A stretch of DNA of 61,194 nt from a virus (Duplodnaviria > Caudoviricetes). Below, piece after piece: positions 8,521 to 17,276 of this stretch. The position numbers and the translations under genes are program-made. Where the stretch lies: positions 1-61,194 of IMG/VR virus record IMGVR_UViG_3300025117_000072; one strand, 5' to 3'. How positions within the stretch are numbered: the stretch's first letter is position 1; every line of letters begins with the position of its first letter. The notes under the pieces were generated by a model that made no database searches, was not told where the DNA came from, and worked only from the letters and a program-made list of their open reading frames with translations.

Positions 8521-9756
8521 CTACCCCACCATTCTGGCAGCTAGCTCAGGGTACAGACAGGCGACTCCAAAAAGAATATCCATTCTCAGAATTTCCTCGT
8601 CCTGATCGATGTCATACGCTTTGACTACCCTGATCGAAAGCCCCATCTGCTTGTCGGTGACTCTCGCGCCCCAGGTGTTGGCTGGCATGGCGATAGGCAT
8701 CGTTACGAGCGCGAAGGCGTTCGGGTGGAAAATGAGGTTCATCGGGTATTCCGTGGACTCCGTTCCCACCATGTTGATGGACGCGTCGTTCGGGGGAAGC
8801 CGGGTCATGTTCTTGTAAGACCCGGTGCTTCTCATGCCCTCAGAGGTCGAGGACATAACGTCGATGGTGACGTTCCCGGCAGAATCGGCAGTCTCGTCGT
8901 TCAGGCTCACAAACTGCTTGAGCTGCCCGGTGCTGACCCGGCTCTTGGGGTTGACCGCGTAGACGTAGGACGCGGCTCCGCTCCCAACGGTGAACACATC
9001 GCCTGCCTTCAGAACGGCGGCTGAAGCGTTCCATCCATCGGACTGAATCTGATACGAACCCTCCTGGATGTTCGTTCCAGGATCGTCGTCAACGAGCGGG
9101 GTGCAGCTTGTCGTGAATGCCCCGGTCGTATGCCGCCTGATATTCTGATCCATGTGGATATCGAGGTTCGCAATGGTCCCAAGGTATCCCTTGGTCAGAA
9201 TGTCGTTGGCGGGTTTGGAAGCGAAGGTGCCCTTCAGCCCATCGGCAATCGCCCAGTGAGCGGCGGGGTTGATGACTGCCACTCTCGGGGAAGGAGCCGC
9301 AAGCTCATCAAGAACTTGCTGGCAGGCCCCAAGGTCGGAAAAGTTCGACGGTGTGGTTCCGGGGGTTCCCTTCTGGGAGAACACGTCGTCATACAGCCCG
9401 GTCAGGTCGTAATCGACGGTATTCGCCAGTTCCGCAGCGGCAGGCTGGATGTACCTTTGACTGTACTCCTCGATGGTCATGGTGAGTTCGACCGAAGAGA
9501 AAGCCCAAGTGACATGCGCCTGAGTCGCAACGGTCAGGGTTTCTTTGTACTCAGTGACGTTCTCATTGCTTCTGGCTTGCGCCTTGGTCACGGTGAACTT
9601 GTTGGGCTTCCTGATGGACACGGAAGTTCCAACCTTCTTGAATTCGTTCTTGTACTCCTTGTAAACGAGTTTCCCCATCACAAGGCTGTTGGTCAGCATC
9701 ATCAATGCTTCTTTGGCAATGATGGTCGGGGTGAGCAGCGTATTGGTGGATGGCAT
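8521..9756 (-). CDS. Major capsid protein (P22 gp5 coat family)
   Basis: NTLLTPTIIAKEAL, KVGTSVSIRKP, FHPNAFALVT, RMDILFG...PELAAR motifs; follows scaffold. Confidence 0.92.
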   Translation of the reverse strand: MPSTNTLLTPTIIAKEALMMLTNSLVMGKLVYKEYKNEFKKVGTSVSIRKPNKFTVTKAQARSNENVTEYKETLTVATQAHVTWAFSSVELTMTIEEYSQRYIQPAAAELANTVDYDLTGLYDDVFSQKGTPGTTPSNFSDLGACQQVLDELAAPSPRVAVINPAAHWAIADGLKGTFASKPANDILTKGYLGTIANLDIHMDQNIRRHTTGAFTTSCTPLVDDDPGTNIQEGSYQIQSDGWNASAAVLKAGDVFTVGSGAASYVYAVNPKSRVSTGQLKQFVSLNDETADSAGNVTIDVMSSTSEGMRSTGSYKNMTRLPPNDASINMVGTESTEYPMNLIFHPNAFALVTMPIAMPANTWGARVTDKQMGLSIRVVKAYDIDQDEEILRMDILFGVACLYPELAARMVG

Positions 9757-9770
9757 GATCTATCTCCTTC

Positions 9771-10889
9771 TTATGCCACCCTGCTCTTCTTCATCCCGTC
9801 CCGCGTGTAGCCGCGTTGTGCGTAGTATTCTCCGATGCTGGCATCTTCGAGGGTCTTGGAGACCTTGCCAGCACCACCTACAGGCTTGATGGGAGGGGGA
9901 GCGGATGGCGGTTTCGGTTTTTTGCTGTCTTTGGGAAGTTCGGTATCTTCGCCTCCGGTGGAGGCTTTCACTTCCGGCACGTTGTCGATGAATTGGGCTT
10001 CGATGCGCCCAATCTCCCGTGCGATTGCGACAGGCGATTTGAGGGAAGCGAGCTTCTTGGCGGTCTCGGGGTTCTGGCCCAGGTGATAGAAGATTTCAAC
10101 GGCATGGTCGGAGTCACTTGCGGCATTGAAGGTTTCCTCTGTAAGAGGCACCGCACCAACGACTTCCAAAAAGTCGGGGTAGGTCTCCTGACCAAGATCG
10201 ACTATCCTCTTGCGGGGATCTTCGTCCGGTTCCTGTTTCTTCTCTTCTTTGGGCTTTTGCGCTTCCTGAGACTTCGATTCGTATATCTCGGTCTTTGCCG
10301 CCCACTTGCCGAGCGCCACTTGGTAATCGTCCACGTTCTCAAAATCCTCTGCCTTCGGCTTTTCGGATTCGAGCTTGGCTTTCTCGGCTTGCACCTTCTG
10401 AGCGTTCAACTCATCTTCGAGTTTCTTCGCTTTCGCTTCGGCGGCTTCGGCCCTTCGTATCGCCTCGTACTTCTCACGGGTAGCCTTGTTGATCCGTTTT
10501 TGAATGGGATCAGGCGCGGCCGCAGGGGGTTTTTTGTCTTTCTCCCCCTCTTTCTTTTCTTCAGGCTTCTCGCCAGAGGGTTTGTCGGTTTCCGGTTTCT
10601 CTTCTTTCTTCCCGTCAGGCGTTTCGCCAGGCTTTGCTTCTTCCTTCTTTTCTTCAGGAGACTCTTCTTTCTTGTCGTCTCCAGCAGGTTTGTGAAATAC
10701 GGAATCGGGAGACACGAACATTTCGCTGTCTTCGTCAGTTACCGCGATGTCTCCGTCCGCTATCCGCTGCGCGTCGGACTTTTCATCCGGCGTGTCTGCA
10801 TCCTTCTCGGTCGGTGTGTAGGAGACATCCTCCACGATGCCCGTGCTGTCCAATCCGTCATTTTCGCCAATGTTTTTTTGCGTCGGCAT
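9771..10889 (-). CDS. Capsid scaffolding protein
   Basis: Highly charged; IQKRINKATREKYEA, YHLGQNP, EIGRIEA, PPPIKPV; between portal and coat. Confidence 0.85.
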   Translation of the reverse strand: MPTQKNIGENDGLDSTGIVEDVSYTPTEKDADTPDEKSDAQRIADGDIAVTDEDSEMFVSPDSVFHKPAGDDKKEESPEEKKEEAKPGETPDGKKEEKPETDKPSGEKPEEKKEGEKDKKPPAAAPDPIQKRINKATREKYEAIRRAEAAEAKAKKLEDELNAQKVQAEKAKLESEKPKAEDFENVDDYQVALGKWAAKTEIYESKSQEAQKPKEEKKQEPDEDPRKRIVDLGQETYPDFLEVVGAVPLTEETFNAASDSDHAVEIFYHLGQNPETAKKLASLKSPVAIAREIGRIEAQFIDNVPEVKASTGGEDTELPKDSKKPKPPSAPPPIKPVGGAGKVSKTLEDASIGEYYAQRGYTRDGMKKSRVA

Positions 10890-10925
10890 ACTCTCCCCCT
10901 GAGTAAGTGAAAGCGGTTTAGAAAC

Positions 10926-10974
10926 AAAAAAGCCGGGAGCGACCGGCCAATTTCTTGACTGATCGCTCCCGGCT
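10926..10974 (-). terminator. Strong rho-independent terminator upstream of scaffold
   Basis: AGCCGGGAGCGATCAGTCAA-GAAA-TTGGCCGGTCGCTCCCGGCT then T-run. Confidence 0.75.
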
Positions 10975-11136
10975 TCAGGTAACTATTGCTAGTCCTGCAA
11001 GGTACGGAAGACAGGGTTTAGTGGGATGTCCCCGGTGCGCTTTCGCGTCTTATTGGTGTTATCTGCAACACACTCCGGTTGTCGGCTATTGCCGAGCCGT
11101 CAGTTGCGCGATACATCCCGCCCTGCCGTTGCAACG

Positions 11137-11268
11137 CTACTTCACTTGTTCGTGTTTTATGACTTTCCCGATTCCTCCCTCAGTAAAATGGATCTCAAGC
11201 GACCCCGTGAATTTGCGCGTCACGATCTCTTTCAGAATGTCGAATAGACGCTGAAGGCTAAAGGCCAT
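11137..11268 (-). CDS. Small YezD/DUF2292-like protein (43 aa; not in the ORF track)
   Basis: MAFSLQRLFDILKEIVTRKFTGSLEIHFTEGGIGKVIKHEQVK; overlaps stop of upstream gene. Confidence 0.5.
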   Translation of the reverse strand: MAFSLQRLFDILKEIVTRKFTGSLEIHFTEGGIGKVIKHEQVK

Positions 11269-11809
11269 ATTCCCCACACGCCCACCATTCCTTTGTCTTG
11301 ACTGCCTTGACCATCCCGCCCCTGAAGTACCCCATCGGGTCTCCGTGGGCAGTCGTGTTCAGTCTTGGTACTTCCACGTCCCTTCCGAAGTGTGACTTTA
11401 CGATGGACGGCCACCACGTTTCCGCCTCTTCTAGTTTGACACAATGGACGTTCTCGGGAATCTTCCCGTTCAGGAACAGGTACTCATGCTGCGGTTTGAA
11501 CTCATCCAACGGTTTCGCAAGCCAGTATTCATAGAAGAACTCGTTGAAACTGACGGTCTTGAATCGCGTCCTCTGCGAGAACTGCCGCCTGTACTCGTAA
11601 ATGCTCACGGTCCGGCTGAACGGGTTGCGGATATTTGCGTAAACCACGTATTCCGAAAACTCCGGGAAATTCTTTCTCGAAAGCGGGACGTGCTTCTTCC
11701 CCACCTGCTCCCACTTGTACGGCAAGGACTCCAGCATTTTGCAGATGGAAGTCCCACCCGCCTTGTTCATGTGGTAGAAGGCGAAGTGTTGGTGGGGAAA
11801 GATCATCAT
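11258..11809 (-). CDS. Sulfotransferase family 2 protein
   Basis: FYHMNKAGGTSI (5'-PSB) and IRNPFSRTVSIY (3'-PB) motifs. Confidence 0.85.
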   Translation of the reverse strand: MMIFPHQHFAFYHMNKAGGTSICKMLESLPYKWEQVGKKHVPLSRKNFPEFSEYVVYANIRNPFSRTVSIYEYRRQFSQRTRFKTVSFNEFFYEYWLAKPLDEFKPQHEYLFLNGKIPENVHCVKLEEAETWWPSIVKSHFGRDVEVPRLNTTAHGDPMGYFRGGMVKAVKTKEWWACGEYGL

Positions 11810-12123
11810 ACGAGAAGACGGCTCCTGTTCTCAAACCGCTGGACCTGCTTGTCCATTTCGTCCAGCTTCTTCTTGAGTTTCCAGGCTTCGCCCTTCCGCT
11901 TGGTCTCTTCGAGCTTGGACATGAACATGTCGAACTCGGCCCGGAGTTTGTGGTACTTCTCAGTCAGCCGCTTGTTTAGTGCGCTAATGGATTCAATCGC
12001 CTGCTTCGCAACGATAATGGCGTTCTCCTGCTCTCGGATATGCTCAACGAGTTTCAGCACTCTCGGTTCGCACGTATCGCAGAAACGGAACTCATCGAGC
12101 ATTGGGTCTTTGTCTTCACTCAT
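11806..12123 (-). CDS. Hypothetical coiled-coil protein
   Basis: ATGA-type coupling to portal and sulfotransferase genes. Confidence 0.65.
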   Translation of the reverse strand: MSEDKDPMLDEFRFCDTCEPRVLKLVEHIREQENAIIVAKQAIESISALNKRLTEKYHKLRAEFDMFMSKLEETKRKGEAWKLKKKLDEMDKQVQRFENRSRLLV

Positions 12124-14660
12124 TTCCTGCCCCTCATCTGTTTTTCCATTTCCTGTGTAGCAATATATTTAACTTGGCTATGAAGGTAATCTTTTTCTGG
12201 ATCAGTCAAGCCCATGCTATCTATATCTTTAAGGTGTTCAATTCCTTTGGCTATAGCATTTAGTTTCTGTATATTTATTTGTTCACCTTGTTGTGCAAAT
12301 GGACTTTTACCCTTTGCGATTCTGTACCTTGCGTAATCCATGGCCTTTCGTACAATGACATCGTTTGGCTGGCCGCCAGATAGCAAATGATTGACTTCCT
12401 GCTTTGTCAGTGTGGGGACTAGGGATGGAATTTCGATCTCTCTTCCATCAAGATTAACGCCAATGGATATTTCAGTTGAAACTTTCCCGTCCGGTCGCTT
12501 TAGTTCCCCCAGAAATCCTAATCCCTTTGGAGACCCATCTGATCGCGCCCCGTAGTGGTTAGGTATAACATTTCCGTCTTGTCCTGGAACAATCACTTCT
12601 GGGCCATTCTCTCCAACAATGTACGGCTGTCCAGCATTCACAGGACCACCGTATTGTCTGCCCTCTATAGGACTGCCGCCTTCCCCTCCCATGTCCGCCA
12701 CTTTTCCCTGGAGCGCGGTCGCTTCCTTGGCAAGCCGGACCTGCTCTTCCTTGAGCTTCAATTCTTCCTGCTGCACCTTCAGGTTTTGCTGCTCCACCTT
12801 CAGGGCTTCCTTCTGACCCTCAAGGCTCTGCTTGAACTCCTCCACGGCATCCTGAATCATCCGGGCAACCATCTCCTGTGTAAGCGGAGGCTGTCCGCCC
12901 TCCATCTCCCTGACTTCAGGCGGAAGCAGAGTTTCCAGTCTCTTGACCAACTTCTCACCACGCGGGATGTCCATGTAATCCACAAGCACGTCCGCAATGA
13001 GCGGGGCAATCTGCGGGGCATACTGCATGATGGCCTGAAGCCTGTCCAACGCCTCTTGTCTCTGTGTCGCGTAAGAAGGACCGGTCTGCATGATGATGTC
13101 GTGCTTACCGACTGTCAGGTCAACCTTCGGCTTCTGCTCCCCGTTCTCACCTTCTACAGTACGGTTTACGTCTTGTGTGGTGATGGTCTTCCCATCAATG
13201 CCGAGCATCTTGATTACCCTGGCCGTGTCGTAAATCTCCGGCCTCATGCTCTCGATCACGCGCCCGACTTGACGAATGGCCCTCACAAGGTTGTCATGAT
13301 AGGCGAAGGTAACGGCATCGTCCGCCGCTTTCCTTTCCCGTATGGCAAGCCCGGAGGTCTCGTTCGATTTCCTGCCAAGGGACGCTTCGTGAAGCCCGAT
13401 GATGTCCTTCTTCTCGATCTGCCGTTGCGCTCCCTGCTCTACAAGGCCGGATGGAATCTGAGGGGGAACCTCACGTCTAGGAAACACCCCAGGCATTTTT
13501 TCATCAGGGTTAGCATACAGAACTGGGGAATTGTCTGTGTTTGCTTGTCTCCATTGTGACTCGAATCCTTCAGTCATTCTAGGAGTTGCAATAAATGGGG
13601 CCTTTGGCTGAAGGGCCAGCAGTTCCGTGATGGCGCTCTGCGTGTAGATATACATCCGCTGCGGGTCTTTGGCGTACCGGAAGAGACCGCGATAGAGTTT
13701 CTTCCCGTTGACGTTCGCCTCTTTCCCCCAGACAGGAATGATCGGCCACAATTTCCCTGGTATCCGAATCGGACCTTCCAGAACAGCCGTACCAGAAATC
13801 TTCCGCCACACGATATCGAAGTCCTCGATCTCCCGTTCCTTGAGGATGGTGATTCCTTCAGCCGGTTTCTCTTTCAGGACTTCGTAATCTTCCTTCTCCT
13901 GATTGAAAATCAGGTAAATCTTCTTGGTCCCCTTGCGCTCTTTCCTGAACCACTCCGCAATCCGAACGGTCTTGTCATGAACGGAGTACCAGTCCTTCAG
14001 GTTCTCGGGCAACTTCTCGGCCTCGAAGTCGATCACTTGGGCATCGGGGTAGTCTTCCTTGAACTGATCTACCGGAATGTCGTCCAGCAGGAACATGAAC
14101 TTTCCATCGTTCTTGTGCCAGAGCCTTGCCCGTGGGTCGAACAGGACGTTCAGGGAATTATCGACAGGGGAAATCCTGATCTCCTGATTGAAGGCGTCCA
14201 CCACGTTCCGATACTCGTCCTTGATGTTACCCTCGTTGTCGAACACATCCTCGTTCTCGTACTGCGTCAGCACCCGGATGGCCCCGCAATACCCACGCGC
14301 AGCCGCATCCTCAAGGGCCATGTCATACGCTACATGAGCGTCTGAAACGTGCTCGATGTAGCGGATAAGCCCGCCCACGATTTCCGCCTTCTCGGGGTCC
14401 GTGTTGGAATCGACCGGCATGGCCTTGATACCCGCCCGGTTCATCCTCTGCGCGGCAGTCACTTTGTCGAGAAAGACAGGGAGGTCATTGGCGTTCAGGC
14501 AGGGACGGCCGGCGCGGTCGTTTTTGACAGTTTCGTCCCATTGATCCTCGGAAAACACGAAGGTTGAGTCTTCAACGGCCTTCTCCCGGTTGTCCTTCTC
14601 GAATTCAATGGCCGAGTTCGCCTGCTCTAACGCCGTTTTTATGAGGTCTTTTTCATCCAT
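12120..14660 (-). CDS. Portal protein (P22 gp1-like) with C-terminal extension
   Basis: DQWD...RPCLNAN, VLFDP, IIPVWG, AKDPQRMY, SNETSGLAI, TGPSYATQRQEA; follows terL. Confidence 0.93.
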   Translation of the reverse strand: MDEKDLIKTALEQANSAIEFEKDNREKAVEDSTFVFSEDQWDETVKNDRAGRPCLNANDLPVFLDKVTAAQRMNRAGIKAMPVDSNTDPEKAEIVGGLIRYIEHVSDAHVAYDMALEDAAARGYCGAIRVLTQYENEDVFDNEGNIKDEYRNVVDAFNQEIRISPVDNSLNVLFDPRARLWHKNDGKFMFLLDDIPVDQFKEDYPDAQVIDFEAEKLPENLKDWYSVHDKTVRIAEWFRKERKGTKKIYLIFNQEKEDYEVLKEKPAEGITILKEREIEDFDIVWRKISGTAVLEGPIRIPGKLWPIIPVWGKEANVNGKKLYRGLFRYAKDPQRMYIYTQSAITELLALQPKAPFIATPRMTEGFESQWRQANTDNSPVLYANPDEKMPGVFPRREVPPQIPSGLVEQGAQRQIEKKDIIGLHEASLGRKSNETSGLAIRERKAADDAVTFAYHDNLVRAIRQVGRVIESMRPEIYDTARVIKMLGIDGKTITTQDVNRTVEGENGEQKPKVDLTVGKHDIIMQTGPSYATQRQEALDRLQAIMQYAPQIAPLIADVLVDYMDIPRGEKLVKRLETLLPPEVREMEGGQPPLTQEMVARMIQDAVEEFKQSLEGQKEALKVEQQNLKVQQEELKLKEEQVRLAKEATALQGKVADMGGEGGSPIEGRQYGGPVNAGQPYIVGENGPEVIVPGQDGNVIPNHYGARSDGSPKGLGFLGELKRPDGKVSTEISIGVNLDGREIEIPSLVPTLTKQEVNHLLSGGQPNDVIVRKAMDYARYRIAKGKSPFAQQGEQINIQKLNAIAKGIEHLKDIDSMGLTDPEKDYLHSQVKYIATQEMEKQMRGRK

Positions 14661-14661
14661 T

Positions 14662-16437
14662 TCAACTAGCCATCCATGCCGTCTCTACATTGTGGTCTCT
14701 GACATTGTGGTCTTCCGGCCCTCGCTCGATCTTCCTGGGGAGCTTGTCCATCATCTGCCTTGCAATCTGAGCGGTAGTCACCCGGTCGTCATGGCACCCC
14801 GCCTCAGCCCCGAACTTCCCCGATTTCTCGATATAGGTCCGCATCTCAGACACCGTTTCCCTGCACCGAATCGTTATGACACCTTCGCGGCATCCGTCCA
14901 GAAGCCCGTCAGCCATTTCCGGCTTTGTCTTCTTATTCGTGCTCCAGCCGTACTCTCCCGGCTTATGGGAGTACATCGGGTATTCCCTGGCCTTCAGGTC
15001 TCCCACGACCTTATATCCGTGATTGTTCAACTCGGGACACGCGGTCGCCCGTCCGTACATCTCCCCTACTGCTTCAACCACATCGGAAATCAGGTCGTAA
15101 TCCACATGCCCATACCACTGGGCGCATTGGTTCCCGGTCCTCCGGTTCCAAACGTCGATGACCGTCTTGTCCGGTTCCTTGTTCTCCTTCTGGTGGATCT
15201 CCCGCATTCCTCCGGCAGCATCGACGGTCAGGAAGTAAATCTCCCGTGGGTCGTAAGTCTCCCATACGGACAGGTGCCCGTTCGGGTTCGGCTCGATGAC
15301 AGGGACTCCCATCCGCCTTACGACATTCCCTACACCTATCGGCTTCAGGCATCCCCGTTCCACCATGTCGCAGAATTCCTGGTTGTAGTGGTTCGACCCC
15401 TTAGTCCTGAAGGCTTCAAAAATCGTCAGGGGGTTTTCCTGCTTGAAAAGCCCCACATCCCCCCGGCACTCGTTTTTGATCGACCACTCTCTCCAGTACA
15501 GTTGCTCGTTGGTGAGCTTGTACTTCTTCTGAAGCTCCTCCACCCCGTAGTTGATATCTTCCTTCCGGTTCTTTGCCCCAACGACCCTTTGAAGGAAACG
15601 CTCCTTCCTCTCGGGGTTTTCAAACTTCTTCTGGCACGATGGGTCCAGAAACCACGGGATGAAAATCAGAATCCAATCGCTGTCCGGGTTGTGGTAAGCG
15701 AAGGTGAACTCCACATCCGCCAAAGGCATGTGCGGGGCGAACTCGGAAATCAAGGCCGTGAAGTACGGGTACTTCCCTTCGCTGTAGGCGTCGAACACGT
15801 CCCGCTGGAAAGAGTTCCCATACCCTTTACCGGTGGACTCCCTCCATATCTCCGTGTCGGCAGGAGGTCTCGGGACGCACTGGAAAAGGCTTCCAAGGAG
15901 TTCGTCTGCATGTCCGGGCCACATCGCCTCTTCGGACCCATGGAGGAAATGAACCCCCTGGGAACGACCGGCTTCCACGTTTTTGGCCGTCGCAAGGCTG
16001 TATTCCGACTTCAGCCCCTTGCCCTTACTCCTATCGAACCTCAGTTCAATAGCGTTCGAGGTGATCGTGCTGGGAGCAATGGGGTTCTGCTCCTGCATGA
16101 GCTGGACCATGCGGTAGAGAGTCGTGGTCGATTTGTCTTCGTGGGCGATAATGAAAATCGACTGATTGAAATTCAGAGACGCCCTGTGATACCCGCGCCC
16201 CCCGATGTAGGTCGATCCCCCGAAACGTCTGTTCTTGAGAAGCATGATCCTGAGAAAGCCCATCTCGGCTTTCCGCTTCTCCGCTACGGCGTGCATGACC
16301 CTTTGTCCCGGCCGAAACCTCAAGGGCAAAATCTCAGCCGTGTTGTGGTCCCTGACCTTGATGCAGTCCTTGGCGAACTTCTCGTAATTTTGCTGATAAG
16401 ACAGTATGGCTTGTTCGACGGGACGAAGTTCGGTCAT
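14662..16437 (-). CDS. terL: Terminase large subunit
   Basis: LKNRRFGGST Walker A variant, LHGSEEAMW Walker B, ESTGKG coupling motif, TVDAAGG and HDDRV nuclease motifs. Confidence 0.93.
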   Translation of the reverse strand: MTELRPVEQAILSYQQNYEKFAKDCIKVRDHNTAEILPLRFRPGQRVMHAVAEKRKAEMGFLRIMLLKNRRFGGSTYIGGRGYHRASLNFNQSIFIIAHEDKSTTTLYRMVQLMQEQNPIAPSTITSNAIELRFDRSKGKGLKSEYSLATAKNVEAGRSQGVHFLHGSEEAMWPGHADELLGSLFQCVPRPPADTEIWRESTGKGYGNSFQRDVFDAYSEGKYPYFTALISEFAPHMPLADVEFTFAYHNPDSDWILIFIPWFLDPSCQKKFENPERKERFLQRVVGAKNRKEDINYGVEELQKKYKLTNEQLYWREWSIKNECRGDVGLFKQENPLTIFEAFRTKGSNHYNQEFCDMVERGCLKPIGVGNVVRRMGVPVIEPNPNGHLSVWETYDPREIYFLTVDAAGGMREIHQKENKEPDKTVIDVWNRRTGNQCAQWYGHVDYDLISDVVEAVGEMYGRATACPELNNHGYKVVGDLKAREYPMYSHKPGEYGWSTNKKTKPEMADGLLDGCREGVITIRCRETVSEMRTYIEKSGKFGAEAGCHDDRVTTAQIARQMMDKLPRKIERGPEDHNVRDHNVETAWMAS

Positions 16438-16450
16438 TCATTCTCTTCCC

Positions 16451-16486
16451 AAAACAAAAACCCGACCGGCCTGAGCCTGATCGGGT
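16451..16486 (-). terminator. Terminator closing the RAMP/GGY-NN cassette
   Basis: ACCCGATC-AGGCTCAGGCC-GGTCGGGT followed by TTTTGTTTT. Confidence 0.65.
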
Positions 16487-16543
16487 CTGTAGTTGCTGTC
16501 TGTTTTATGGTGAAGTGTTGTCGCTAACGACTATGTAGTGTTA

Positions 16544-16611
16544 GCCCTGCCTCGCCGCGCCTTGCCAAGCCCAGCCCCACCAAGCCGTGCCGTGCCTAGT
16601 CTAGCCACGCC
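16544..16611 (-). repeat. GGY-NN pentamer array 2 (14 units, 13 canonical); candidate guide ncRNA
   Basis: Minus strand GGC GT GGC TA GAC TA GGC AC GGC AC GGC TT GGT GG GGC TG GGC TT GGC AA GGC GC GGC GA GGC AG GGC; starts 5 nt after the stop of 16617..17114. Confidence 0.92.
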
Positions 16612-16616
16612 ATGAT

Positions 16617-17114
16617 TCAAGAAGATGTTGATTCGCTGATCTTGGGTGGCTCAGGAGGAACGTCGAACTTTCTCTTACGGGACGCGTGAAGGATAAAAGC
16701 GCCCTTTTGAGCGTTTCGGATTTGTTGATCCTTAGCCTTGTCGCTCAACATTTGGAAGTTGACATGTATATTCACCTTGCACCCCTTCCTTATCCAAGCT
16801 ACGGCTTTTTCGAAACGCTTGATGACTTCCTTCGTTACTTGGTCATCCGGTACAGATACGGTGTAGCCTTCTCTGTATTTGTTGCTGAGGTGTATGTTGT
16901 GTTCCACCAGTAATTCCTGACTGAGGGAGTGAAGCGCGCTCATGTAATCTAAGTTACCCTTTTCGGATTCCTCGATCGTTGTGGGTTCCGGGATGCCCAG
17001 AAGGGTTCTCAATTCCTGGTGGCTGTAAAACAGTCCATAGCCTTTCTCTTTGACATCCTCAGCGATGTAATCCACCACTTCATGCCAAAGAGGATGCTTC
17101 TTGACTTCCTCCAT
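16617..17114 (-). CDS. Accessory protein of the RAMP cassette (possible winged-helix DNA-binding)
   Basis: ATG at 17114 with AAGGAGGGG RBS; YSHQELRTLLG...HLSNKYREGYTV resembles a wHTH wing. Confidence 0.7.
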   Translation of the reverse strand: MEEVKKHPLWHEVVDYIAEDVKEKGYGLFYSHQELRTLLGIPEPTTIEESEKGNLDYMSALHSLSQELLVEHNIHLSNKYREGYTVSVPDDQVTKEVIKRFEKAVAWIRKGCKVNIHVNFQMLSDKAKDQQIRNAQKGAFILHASRKRKFDVPPEPPKISESTSS

Positions 17115-17138
17115 CTTCCCCTCCTTTCTTGTTTGGTT

Positions 17139-17276
17139 GCCCTGCCAAGCCCTGCCCAACCTAACCTTGCCAAGCCCGACCAAGCCTCACCAAACCGCGC
17201 CCAACCCAGCCGTGCCTAACCATGCCGAACCGCGCCACGCCCTACCCTGCCAAGCCGAGCCCGACCCAGTAGCGCC
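17139..17276 (-). repeat. GGY-NN pentamer array 1 (26 uninterrupted units plus degenerate leader); candidate guide ncRNA
   Basis: Plus-strand RCC at every fifth base from 17139 to 17264; begins directly after the TAA of 17277..17873. Confidence 0.95.

Noticed and set aside
14590-16527. 645-aa plus-strand ORF (and similar long ORFs at 48..1175, 5447..6514, 9816..10910, 12555..13559, 29487..30431)
   Set aside because: Antisense shadows of well-supported minus-strand genes; no motifs or RBS.
16544-16611. Concatenated NN of array 2 contains an inverted repeat (TAACAC-TTG-GTGTTA); self-targets in this genome
   Set aside because: The palindrome is out of dinucleotide register and may be chance. 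A limited by-eye search found no convincing self-target; a computed search is needed.
16544-17276. Classical CRISPR array or simple microsatellite
   Set aside because: No 23-50-bp repeats with unique spacers, and the units are not homogeneous as slippage repeats would be.
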